A DNA stretch of 64,000 nt from an uncultured Spirochaetales bacterium. GTDB lineage: Bacteria; Spirochaetota; Spirochaetia; Sphaerochaetales; Sphaerochaetaceae. The notes beneath the pieces are model-generated. The model did no database searches. It had not been told where the DNA came from and worked only from the letters and a program-made list of their open reading frames with translations. The translations under genes and the position numbers were made by a program. Below, piece after piece: positions 42,003-50,881 of this stretch; position 1 is the stretch's first letter, and every line of letters begins with the position of its first letter. The DNA lies in the NCBI GenBank assembly GCA_949282255.1, contig CASDPA010000009.1, forward strand, positions 4,646-68,645. The letters run 5' to 3'.

Positions 42003-42486
42003 GCAAAATAAGCAAATAGGCGCTCAGAGGTAGGATCAGATACTTTGTAAGACGATGTGAAACGCAATTGCTATGGTATCTTCATGGCTACGGCTTTTAT
42101 TCCCGGAATAAAAAATCCTTACATCGGAGACTGTATTGCATTTTTTGATGGAGCGCCTGCGGATACGGGTTCAATTGATAAGGCATTTGACGAAGGCTGT
42201 GGCAGGGTAGTTGCCTTCTTTAAAAAAAGGAGTGGAATACATCGATCAAGGCCATGTTGAAGCTGTTACAAGGATGGAGGAAATATTTCCAATTGACTCA
42301 AATAATATTCCTGCTTTTTCCCGTCCGCTCCATATTTGGAAATGATTGTTTTATAATCCATGTTTGCAGGCTGCTCAGCCTTTTTGCTGATGACCTGATA
42401 CATGCAAGCATATCATGCTGTTTTTGAGATTCTTTTATCTTACATCATAAGTTTTTAACAGTATAATTAAATAGCGGGAGGCTTTT

Positions 42487-43218
42487 ATGGGACCATTTTC
42501 CACAAAATTGGAGCGCATATCTGAAAACATATATATTATCGATCAGGAAATGGTCAGATCGTATATTATTGTAGGAAAGAATAAGGCACTTTGTTTTGAT
42601 TTCGGAGTTGCTGACGTCGTTTTTTCAATGTATCTGAAAGAAATCTCTTTTCTTCCCTATATCTATGTACTCAGTCATGCCGATATCGATCATGTTGCAA
42701 ATATCCGTTGTGCCGATAAGGTCTATGTCTCGGAAAAAGAGCTTGGACTGGTCAAAAATTACGATGAAAACAGGTTACTGCCTGCGCCTGAGGGAATGGT
42801 ATTTGATCTCGGTGGTGTGAGTCTGGAGGTGGTATCAACTTTCGGTCATACGCCTGGATCGATATCTTTGCTATGGAGAAGCAGGAAGATTCTTTTTTCC
42901 GGCGACACATTGTCATATGGCCCTATATACATGTTCGGCCCTGCCAGGGATATCGCAAGGTACAAGCGGACCTTGTATAAGCTTTCGGATATGGAAGAGG
43001 AAGGAATTTTCACCGAAATATATCCATCTCATAACATTTTTCCTGTAAAAGCCGGGATAATAAAAGAGCTTATAGCGATTGTGGAAGGTTTTGAGTCTGG
43101 AGAAATCAAAGGAGAGGACCCTGGAATTAAATTTGCAGGCTTTGAAAATGTGAAACTGTTCCGATTTGGACGATGCGGTATTTATTTTGAAGTCGGACAT
43201 GAGGGCGGGTGTCCATGA
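42487..43218 (+). CDS. MBL-fold metallo-hydrolase
   Basis: 243 aa with the SHADIDH metal motif, a later GHTPGS and SGDT. Confidence 0.85.
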   Translation: MGPFSTKLERISENIYIIDQEMVRSYIIVGKNKALCFDFGVADVVFSMYLKEISFLPYIYVLSHADIDHVANIRCADKVYVSEKELGLVKNYDENRLLPAPEGMVFDLGGVSLEVVSTFGHTPGSISLLWRSRKILFSGDTLSYGPIYMFGPARDIARYKRTLYKLSDMEEEGIFTEIYPSHNIFPVKAGIIKELIAIVEGFESGEIKGEDPGIKFAGFENVKLFRFGRCGIYFEVGHEGGCP

Positions 43219-43241
43219 GTTTTATTTAAATTGCATTGTCA

Positions 43242-43631
43242 TCATGAAAAGTGTTTTTTGATTTCCTTTATAACAAGGTAATCAGCAGGCAGCCATTTTA
43301 CGGTATCGATATCCGAAGGTGTGAGCCATTTCGCATCATCGTGTTCCTTTAAAGTCGGAAGGCCCTCGACTATGGTTGCAAAATAACAATCCATGATCAG
43401 ATGAAAATCCGGATATTGGTATTCGATGGTTGTAAGCAGCGAGTCGATTTTTATGATCGTATCAAGCTCTTCCTTGATTTCCCTGATAGCCGCCTGTTCG
43501 CCGGTTTCTCCTTCTTCCCGTTTGCCTCCGGGAAACTCCCATAACCCCTTGAATGTGCCTTTTGCTCTTCGGGTGGCATAAATTTTTCCTCTCTCGTAAA
43601 TTATTGCGGCACTCACACGTATTGTTTTCAT
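43242..43631 (-). CDS. NUDIX hydrolase (MutT-like)
   Basis: Nudix box GGKREEGETGEQAAIREIKEEL preceded by WEFPGG. Confidence 0.88.
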   Translation of the reverse strand: MKTIRVSAAIIYERGKIYATRRAKGTFKGLWEFPGGKREEGETGEQAAIREIKEELDTIIKIDSLLTTIEYQYPDFHLIMDCYFATIVEGLPTLKEHDDAKWLTPSDIDTVKWLPADYLVIKEIKKHFS

Positions 43632-43958
43632 CGGACCAACTATAGCAGAAAAAAAATATCTTGTCTGTCAATAATCCTGTTTATTTGGGCTGTGTGCAAA
43701 TGGAATTTCGATCTATGGAAAGTATTTTTTCATTTCAGATATCGCAATCAGAAAAACCACCTGCACACATCGAAATATTGCAAGAAACACAGTAAAAACG
43801 ATTTTTGATTATTCCTAGTATTTTCAGCATAAAAATCCATCCAGATTAAAATTATTTAATTTTATCCACTAAAAGCGTAAGTGCTTTCATAATTTGGCTT
43901 TGATATATTAAAATAAATATGATTGTGGATTATCATACAGTCGTCATGGAGAAAAAAT

Positions 43959-45134
43959 ATGGTTATCGGTGAATTCAACGAATCATATCCACCATTGATG
44001 GATGGAGTCGGTCAGGTTGTACGTAATTATACCCACGGCCTTAATGCGCTTGGCGAAAAAACATTTGCCGTTGTTGCCGGAGACAAGGATGCTCCCGCAT
44101 ATGATATACAGACAGGGGAGGATAATACCATACGTACAAGAATGTATCCTCTTCCGCAGGTTGCTCCCTATGGACCGGTTATAAAGAGTAGGGCATTTAA
44201 GAAAAAGGTCGCATCCATCCCCTTTGATATTGTCCATTCCCATTCTCCTTTCTATTTGGGGGCTTTTGCATCAAAGATTGCACGCAGGAGACACATACCC
44301 CACGTGACAACTTTTCATAGCCAGTTCCGGGATGATATCCAAGGAGCGATACATGTGAAATGGATTACTGATATTGCTGTAAAATTCATTCTCAGGCATT
44401 ATGAAAAGGCTGACGAAGTCTGGGTGCCCAGCAAGGCTACAGGGGAAAAGCTCAAAGAATACGGTTATAAGGGAGAATATGTTGTCATGGAAAATGGCTG
44501 CGATATGAAGATTCCCGATGATACAAAGTATGCGGAGCTGAAAAAGAAGGGGCTTGAATTTCTTAATGTTGAGAATCTGGATGTGCCTGTCCTCCTTTAC
44601 ATAGGTCAGCACAAGGTGGAGAAAAATCTTATGATGGCGTTGGAGGCATTAAAAATCATGCATGAAAAGGGGTATGCATTTTTGATGCTTTTTGCCGGAA
44701 TAGGTCCTGATAAACCTGCTATGGAGGAGTATGTGAGGAAGAACGGATTATCGGATAATGTCAGGTTCCTTGGCCGCATTACCGATAGAAAGATCCTCGA
44801 GAGCCTTTATTCGCTTTCCTCTTTATTCTTATTTCCTTCGTTTTATGATACATCCTGTCTTGTCATGAGGGAGGCGGCAGCTTTCAATCTTCCCGTACTT
44901 TTTGTCAACGGCAGCTGTACTTCGGAGGGTATTATTGATGGAAAAAACGGATTCCTTGCGGATAATAGTCCTGAAAGTTTTGCAGAAAAAATCATGGCTG
45001 TGACTTCAGATGGCTCCTTGCTTGAAAAAACTGGAAATGGTGCCAGATCTTCGCTGTATCGTAGCTGGGAGATGGTTGCCTCCGAGGTGAGGGATCGGTA
45101 TAAGCTGATAATAGAAAAGTACAATACTAAGTAA
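43959..45134 (+). CDS. glycosyltransferase family 4 (GT-B fold)
   Basis: N-terminal YPPLMDGV and a C-terminal E-x7-E region (REAAAFNLPVLFVNGSCTSEGIIDGKNGFL). ATG 43959 lies 7 nt after GGAG; the track start at 43923 is TTG. Confidence 0.88.
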   Translation: MVIGEFNESYPPLMDGVGQVVRNYTHGLNALGEKTFAVVAGDKDAPAYDIQTGEDNTIRTRMYPLPQVAPYGPVIKSRAFKKKVASIPFDIVHSHSPFYLGAFASKIARRRHIPHVTTFHSQFRDDIQGAIHVKWITDIAVKFILRHYEKADEVWVPSKATGEKLKEYGYKGEYVVMENGCDMKIPDDTKYAELKKKGLEFLNVENLDVPVLLYIGQHKVEKNLMMALEALKIMHEKGYAFLMLFAGIGPDKPAMEEYVRKNGLSDNVRFLGRITDRKILESLYSLSSLFLFPSFYDTSCLVMREAAAFNLPVLFVNGSCTSEGIIDGKNGFLADNSPESFAEKIMAVTSDGSLLEKTGNGARSSLYRSWEMVASEVRDRYKLIIEKYNTK

Positions 45135-45144
45135 GGATTGGATT

Positions 45145-45684
45145 ATGGATAATAAATTTCTTGTAGTCATCGATATGCAGAACGATTTCATAACCGGACC
45201 GTTGTCATCTCCCGAGGCTTCTAGGATCCTGGATGATGTCGTAAAGAAGATTGAAGGCTTCGATGGGCGTATTGTGTTCACGATGGATACCCATGATGAA
45301 ACATATGGAAAAACACAGGAGGGGCGGCTCCTTCCTGTGAGCCATTGTATCAAAGGCAGCGAAGGATGGAGGTTGGTAAAGCCGCTTGATGAGCTTGCCG
45401 GAGAGAAAGGCGCCTTAGTGTTTGAAAAAAATACTTTTGGTTCCATTTCTCTTGCCGAATATCTTGCGGAAATTAATAAAGCCGATCCGATCTCATCCAT
45501 AACCCTTATAGGCGTTTGTACCGATATCTGTGTTGTAAGCAACGCATTGCTTTTTAAGGCCTATCTTCCGGAAGTTGAAATCCATGTCGATCCATCCTGC
45601 GTGGCAGGGGTGAGCAGGCAAAAGAACGAGGCGGCCTTGGAAACGATGAGAAGCTGTCAGATATTCATTGACAATTCAATCTAG
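45145..45684 (+). CDS. isochorismatase-family cysteine hydrolase (nicotinamidase/PncA-like)
   Basis: VIDMQNDF (Asp), a mid-protein Lys region and GVCTDICV (catalytic Cys). Confidence 0.85.
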   Translation: MDNKFLVVIDMQNDFITGPLSSPEASRILDDVVKKIEGFDGRIVFTMDTHDETYGKTQEGRLLPVSHCIKGSEGWRLVKPLDELAGEKGALVFEKNTFGSISLAEYLAEINKADPISSITLIGVCTDICVVSNALLFKAYLPEVEIHVDPSCVAGVSRQKNEAALETMRSCQIFIDNSI

Positions 45685-46065
45685 TCTGATTTCGGATATC
45701 GTTTCCTTTAAATCCTCTGGAACGGGAGGAATACTTTCTTTTGTGGCAATTCTTATCGCACATAGCTCCCTGTAGTGACTGTGCCTGACCGCAAGAATTG
45801 TGCTTTGTTCAGGACAGGGTGTGGTAGACAAGTTGTTTTCCTCTCCATATTTTCCAAAGCGCCATTTTATGTAACAACGGATGCTGAGATATTTCTTTAC
45901 GGAGGAACTTCCTGACGTCAGGGCATGGCCTTGATCGCAGGTGCCTGCCCAATCTATATGAAGGATATCCTGCCAGGCGGTCTCAAGAACTCTGGAAAGT
46001 ATTGAGTCCAGAGATCTTGATACACAGATGATGAAGGATTTCTTGAATTTCTTCAATTTTTCCAT
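45676..46065 (-). CDS. hypothetical protein
   Basis: 129-aa ORF with RBS-like GAGGAGA upstream. It overlaps the 3' end of the convergent hydrolase gene by 9 nt. It contains C-x6-GKYG-x9-CP, which only vaguely recalls small metal-binding DUFs. Confidence 0.45.
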   Translation of the reverse strand: MEKLKKFKKSFIICVSRSLDSILSRVLETAWQDILHIDWAGTCDQGHALTSGSSSVKKYLSIRCYIKWRFGKYGEENNLSTTPCPEQSTILAVRHSHYRELCAIRIATKESIPPVPEDLKETISEIRLD

Positions 46066-46496
46066 CTCCTCTGATTAGGGAGCGATAGTCATTGCAAAAT
46101 CCTTAAGTGTAAAAAAAGGTATATGATGATCTGTTTTTTCGAGTTTATGAGAATAAGTATGGAAAGATGTATGAGGAAAGAAGAATGAAATATTGATTAT
46201 CCTTTCTTTTTCAATTAAATCAGGAAATATTAATAAAGAAGATACTTATTGCATTTTGATAAAATATTTAGCAAATAAATGCTGATATTAATTTATTATT
46301 TTGTACATATATAATTACGAGAATTAATTTATAATTTTTTCCCCAAAAATCAGTTTTTTTGTTTTCAGTTTTGTACTAATTTCAATCCGCTATTTTAACT
46401 TCAACTTGACTTATGAAAATACGTGGAAAAGACTAAAAAAACGAAATCAGTACAATCTTGATTTGACATTTTTCATTTTAAAGGGGAGGTTGTTTG

Positions 46497-46867
46497 ATGG
46501 CTAAGTCGGTTAATGATAATGAAAATGCCAGACTTATCGCTGAAGGGAAGAAGAGAGCGACCAGGATTGAAACTTTTGCAGGAATTGGCTTTGTTCTCCC
46601 CAGCTTTATCGGCTTTTTTGTTTTTATTCTTGTTCCTGTTGTCATGTCTCTTGGAATCAGTTTTTGTAATTGGAACTTCCTTAAAGGCTGGGGTGCGATT
46701 GAATTCACTGGGTTGAGCAATTTTATAAAAATGTTCTCCGATAATTGGTTTTTCGTTTCATTTAAAAACAATATCCTTTTTACGGCAATAACAATTCCGG
46801 TACTCATCATGCTTGGATTGATTATGGGGGAAATAATCAATAGGCATGTTTTTGGAGGAAAGATAAT
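46497..46867 (+). pseudogene. sugar ABC permease (MalF-like), N-terminal fragment cut by IS insertion
   Basis: ATG 46497 lies 7 nt after AAGGGGAGG. The permease N-terminus (TM1, periplasmic loop, TM2) runs to codon ...GGKII. After 46867 the ORF reads into the IS inverted repeat. Confidence 0.85.
46863..46867. repeat. target-site duplication, left copy (ATAAT)
   Basis: ATAAT immediately precedes the IS end TG at 46868. An identical ATAAT follows the other end. Confidence 0.75.
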
Positions 46868-46893
46868 TGAGTATTCTCACGCTTCAGCACCAC
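46868..46893. repeat. IS21-family left inverted repeat
   Basis: TGAGTATTCTCACGCTTCAGCACCAC, matching the reverse complement of 49381-49405. Confidence 0.75.
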
Positions 46894-47032
46894 TTGTATC
46901 AACTTTAGCACCACCCAATCTCAAGTTGAGCACCACTTAGGTAAAATCATTCAATCTCAACATCAGCACCACCTTAGAATCATGGCATCAGCTGCTTTGT
47001 CAGTAGCTGAAATCAATTCTAAGGAGGCCGAC

Positions 47033-48592
47033 ATGGCTAGAAAGATCAATGTGCGCAAGATCCTAGATGAACTGATCAAGAAGACTTCGCACAACAGCAT
47101 TGCCACATCCTGGCACATCTCAAAGCATTCGGTGAGCGATGTTGCAGCAAGAGGCCTGGAACTGGGAATACTCCCCGAAGGACCCGTTCCAGAAATGGAC
47201 GATGACAGTTTGTACAAGCTGTTCTTCCCAGAAAAGATCACTGCGGAAGAGATCCATGAAGCGGTGGACTTTGAGAAGGTTCACGAAGAACTCAATCACC
47301 CAGGAGTCACACTCAAGCTATTGTGGAAGGAGTACAAGGTCGAATGCATCTGCAATGGCAAAGATGCGATGAGCTACCAGAAGTTCTGCCGAAGGTACGG
47401 TTCCTACTGTTCGTCAAAGGGTTTTGCCAGCCACATTGAGCACAAGGCGGGGGACCGCATAGAGGTGGACTGGTCTGGTCCCACAATGCATTACACATCT
47501 CCAGAGACGGGCAAAAAGGTCACGGTCTATCTGTTCGTAGCAGATCTTGTATGTTCAAGGCTGGCCTATGTGGAACCCACGCTGTCTATGGATGAAGCCA
47601 ACTGGATCCAGTGTCACGTAAACATGTGGAACTACTATGGAGGCGTTTCCAGAGTACTCATCTGCGACAATCTTCTGACAGGAGTGCAGCACCATCCCAG
47701 GGAAGGAGAGATCATTCTCACCCGTGAATATGAGCGTCTTGTAGAACACCACAATACGGCCATTCTTCCCTGCCAGGCGAAGAAGCCGAGACAAAAGAGC
47801 AGTACTGAGAATACTGTCTACAATGCGGCACTCTCCATTATCGCAAAACTCCGCAATGTGGAATTCAGGTCTTTCAACGAACTCAAGAAAGCTGTTACAG
47901 AGAAGCTTGAAGATTTGAACAACCAGCCATTCGAGAAGAGGATTGGATCACGCAGATCAGACTTCGAAGCGAATGAGAGAGCTGCGCTGAAGCCGCTTCC
48001 CTCTGTTCCTTACGTAGCTGGCACCTGGTACTGGAACCGCAAGGTTCAGCCGAACTGTCACATCTCGTACAACAAGAACTGGTACTCGGTGCCATCCAAG
48101 TACTTGGGCCAGAGTGTGGACCTGCGGGTGACGACAACAGAAGTACAGGTGTTCTTCAAGTCCAATCTCATCAAGCGCCATCTACTATTGTCTCCAGATG
48201 TTGCAAACCGCTACAGCACTGATCCAGATGACATGCCCACGGGAGCTGGCTTTGCCGAATGGGATTCAGGAAGGATCATGAAGTGGGCGTACTCAATTGG
48301 CCCATCAACGGCGACAGTGGTAGAGAGGATCCTGGCATCCAAAGCCATTGTCGAACAGGCATTCAACAGTGCACTCGCTGTCCTTCGACTGCCCAGGCGC
48401 TACAGCAAGGAAGCTATTGAAAAGGCATCTGGGGAGGCTCTCTCCAAATTCACCGCCCCAAGATACCAGCAGATCAAAGCCATCCTGGCAGCTGACATGT
48501 CCCGGAATGACAAGACCGAGGACACATCGCCAAAAGGCATGCTCATGGGCGCCGAGTATTTCAGGAACTTTGGAGGTGGCGACAATGATTGA
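47033..48592 (+). CDS. istA: IS21-family transposase IstA
   Basis: About 519 aa. It has an N-terminal HTH region and a DDE-type core, with length and organisation typical of IstA. ATG 47033 lies 5 nt after AAGGAGG. Confidence 0.9.
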   Translation: MARKINVRKILDELIKKTSHNSIATSWHISKHSVSDVAARGLELGILPEGPVPEMDDDSLYKLFFPEKITAEEIHEAVDFEKVHEELNHPGVTLKLLWKEYKVECICNGKDAMSYQKFCRRYGSYCSSKGFASHIEHKAGDRIEVDWSGPTMHYTSPETGKKVTVYLFVADLVCSRLAYVEPTLSMDEANWIQCHVNMWNYYGGVSRVLICDNLLTGVQHHPREGEIILTREYERLVEHHNTAILPCQAKKPRQKSSTENTVYNAALSIIAKLRNVEFRSFNELKKAVTEKLEDLNNQPFEKRIGSRRSDFEANERAALKPLPSVPYVAGTWYWNRKVQPNCHISYNKNWYSVPSKYLGQSVDLRVTTTEVQVFFKSNLIKRHLLLSPDVANRYSTDPDDMPTGAGFAEWDSGRIMKWAYSIGPSTATVVERILASKAIVEQAFNSALAVLRLPRRYSKEAIEKASGEALSKFTAPRYQQIKAILAADMSRNDKTEDTSPKGMLMGAEYFRNFGGGDND

Positions 48593-49334
48593 CAAGTCCT
48601 CCATAGAGAAACTCAACGCACTCAAGCTTGATGAGCTTGTAGACATCATACACCGTCAGGAATCGGTAACGGAATTCATTTCAATGCCATTTGACCAGAG
48701 ACTCCAATTCGCGATTGATGACCTGTACACTGCCAAGATGGACCAGAACTACAAAAGGCTTTTGGCCAATGCCCATCTCAAGTACCCGGGAGCGAGTTTC
48801 CACAGCATTGAATACCTGCCCGAAAGGAACCTGGACAAGACAACCCTAGCGCAACTGGCAACTGGGAATTTCCTTGGCTATGCAACTGACATCGCGATCT
48901 ATGGCATCTCCGGTAGTGGCAAGTCATTTATTGCATGCTGTCTGGGAACCATGGCCTGTTCACATGGCAAGAGGACCCTTTTCTACCGCAAGCCAGACCT
49001 GCTTGAGGATTTCGCCTGCCTCGAAACGGCCCAGCAGAGGAAGAGGTTCATGACAAAACTGGCGAGATACGATCTGCTGATCATTGATGAATGGCTCGGG
49101 AAAAGCCTTACCGAGCTGGAGGTCAACTTCATATTCGAGATCGTCGAGAAGCGTACAGAAGTGCACTCAACCATCTTCTGCTCCCAGTACGCGCCTCAGG
49201 ACTGGTACGCGCGTCTTGGTGCATCCACACAGTGCGAGAGCATCCTGAACCGCATATTCTCAGGTCTTTGCAGGCTCAATTGTGGCCCAATGAACATGAG
49301 GGACCATTACTCTTTGTCAAAACTTAGAATCTAA
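48585..49334 (+). CDS. istB: IS21-family helper ATPase IstB
   Basis: 249 aa with Walker A GISGSGKSF and Walker B LLIIDEW. ATG 48585 overlaps the istA stop (ATGATTGA). The track ORF start at 48348 is an out-of-context upstream extension. Confidence 0.9.
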   Translation: MIDKSSIEKLNALKLDELVDIIHRQESVTEFISMPFDQRLQFAIDDLYTAKMDQNYKRLLANAHLKYPGASFHSIEYLPERNLDKTTLAQLATGNFLGYATDIAIYGISGSGKSFIACCLGTMACSHGKRTLFYRKPDLLEDFACLETAQQRKRFMTKLARYDLLIIDEWLGKSLTELEVNFIFEIVEKRTEVHSTIFCSQYAPQDWYARLGASTQCESILNRIFSGLCRLNCGPMNMRDHYSLSKLRI

Positions 49335-49380
49335 GTGGTGCTGAAGTTGTTACTGGCACCGGTGCTCTCATTGAGATCGC

Positions 49381-49405
49381 CGGTGCTTTTACGTGAGAAT
49401 ATTCA
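49381..49405. repeat. IS21-family right inverted repeat
   Basis: CGGTGCTTTTACGTGAGAATATTCA, ending in CA. Confidence 0.75.
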
Positions 49406-49410
49406 ATAAT
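49406..49410. repeat. target-site duplication, right copy (ATAAT)
   Basis: Identical to 46863-46867. Confidence 0.75.
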
Positions 49411-49978
49411 CAGAGTAATGATTTTCATACCGTATATTGCCAGTGTCGTTGCCATATGTACGGTTTGGCAGGTCATGCTACAACCGAGTTACGGTCCTAT
49501 AAATCAGTTTCTAATGTCGTTGGGCATCAAAAACCCTCCGCGCTGGTTGGTCGATAATAATTGGGCCATCTACTCAATAATGATGATTTATATTTGGACG
49601 CAGATCGGATACTATGTCGCAGTATACATGGCCGGATTGAAAAATGTTCCAGCTGATATATATGAAGCGGCAACCATTGATGGAGCCTCGGGAGTAAGAC
49701 AGTTCTTTTCCATAACCATTCCAATGGTCAAACCCACTACTTTTTTTCTTTCCACAATGGGGATAATAGGCTCGTTCAAGGTGTTTGACCTAATAAGCGT
49801 GCTTACAAACGGCGGGCCGGGTAATTCAACCTCCGTAATGGCTTTTTACATATATAAATCGGCCTTCACCGATTTCAAAATGGGATATGCCAGCGCTTTG
49901 GCATGGGCGCTTTTCATTGTTATTTTCGCAGTCACCATGATCCAATGGAAATTCCAGAAGAATTTTGAAAACGAGTAA
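49411..49978 (+). pseudogene. sugar ABC permease (MalF-like), C-terminal fragment
   Basis: Removing the IS plus one ATAAT copy joins ...GGKII to RVMIFIPYIASV... in frame. The fragment carries the EAA loop EAATIDGASGVRQFFSITIPMVKP. Confidence 0.85.
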
Positions 49979-49991
49979 GGGGGAGGAAGAA

Positions 49992-50837
49992 ATGCTTGTA
50001 ATCAGAGGAAAAAGAGTTTTTTTGCATCAGATCATTCTGACATTATTGTTGTTTTTCATCGGTCTTACCATGCTTACCCCGCTCGTATGGATGATTTCCA
50101 CTTCTTTTAAAACGGAGAACGAGGTTTTTGAATTCCCGATCAGATGGATACCGAAAACAAATGTCGGCTTTTCAAATTACCTTGAAGTATGGGGCAGTCA
50201 ATACAATTTTGGTATGTATTATTGGAATAGTATCAAGATTACAGTTGTTTCCACAGTTTTTCAGATACTCATTTCCGCATTCGCCGCCTACGGGTTCACA
50301 AAAATAAAATGGAAATACAGAGATAAGCTTTTTCTTGTATACCTCGCTTCCATGATGATTCCTCCCCAGGTGATGATAGTAAGCCGGTTTGTGATAATGC
50401 AGAAGTTGGGATTATACAACACGCATCTTGGAATAATTCTTATGACTATGGTCAGCACCTATGGATTGTTTCTTCTTCGTCAGGCCATGCTTGGAATCCC
50501 CGATTCGCTTTGTGAATCTGCGAAAATAGATGGAGCAGGGCATTTAAGGATTTTTTTCCAGCTCATGCTTCCCTTGATCGTACCATCCATTGCAACACTT
50601 GCAGTTCTAAAATTTGTATGGACCTGGAATGATTACCAGACTGCGTTGATTTTCTTAAGTAAAAGGACGCTTTTTACAATCCAGCTTGGAATGAAACTGT
50701 TTGCTTCCGAATCAGGGAATATCTACTCTTTGATGATGGCTGCCGCAGTATCTTCTACGCTTCCTTTGATACTGGTGTTCCTTCTCGGACAGCGTTACAT
50801 AATCGATGGAATCGCATCCGGTGCGGTGAAAGGATAA
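49992..50837 (+). CDS. sugar ABC permease (MalG-like)
   Basis: 6 TM with EAA loop ESAKIDGAGHLRIFFQLMLP. ATG 49992 follows GGGGGAGGAAG. Confidence 0.88.
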   Translation: MLVIRGKRVFLHQIILTLLLFFIGLTMLTPLVWMISTSFKTENEVFEFPIRWIPKTNVGFSNYLEVWGSQYNFGMYYWNSIKITVVSTVFQILISAFAAYGFTKIKWKYRDKLFLVYLASMMIPPQVMIVSRFVIMQKLGLYNTHLGIILMTMVSTYGLFLLRQAMLGIPDSLCESAKIDGAGHLRIFFQLMLPLIVPSIATLAVLKFVWTWNDYQTALIFLSKRTLFTIQLGMKLFASESGNIYSLMMAAAVSSTLPLILVFLLGQRYIIDGIASGAVKG

Positions 50838-50881
50838 AAATATAACAATATATCTCATATAATTTTAAAGGAGGAAAAGAG

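Larger units (their letters stand above)
46868..49405 (+). mobile_element. IS21-family insertion sequence (2538 bp), apparently intact
   Basis: TG...CA termini. Imperfect IRs TGAGTATTCTCACGCTTCAGCACC / TGAATATTCTCACGTAAAAGCACC (reverse complement), about 20/25 identical. Overlapping istA-istB genes. Multiple subterminal AGCACC(A/G)(C/G) repeats. 5-bp direct repeat flanks. Confidence 0.9.

Noticed and set aside
42057-42260. 67-aa ORF in the 530-bp gap.
   Set aside because: It has a GTG start without an RBS, no motif and no signal peptide. I kept it only as part of the non-coding-gap observation.
46868-46940. Tail of the track ORF 46494-46940, and the upstream extensions of istA (46982-47032) and istB (48348-48584).
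   Set aside because: These are read-through of the truncated permease into the IS end, and in-frame upstream ATGs lacking an RBS. The better starts (47033 and 48585) have an RBS or stop-start overlap.
46885-46972. Regularly spaced short repeats that could be mistaken for a mini CRISPR array.
   Set aside because: The repeats are only 9 nt with about 21-36 nt spacing. They lie inside the IS21 terminal region and are mirrored at the other IS end, so they are transposase-binding repeats. No cas genes are present.
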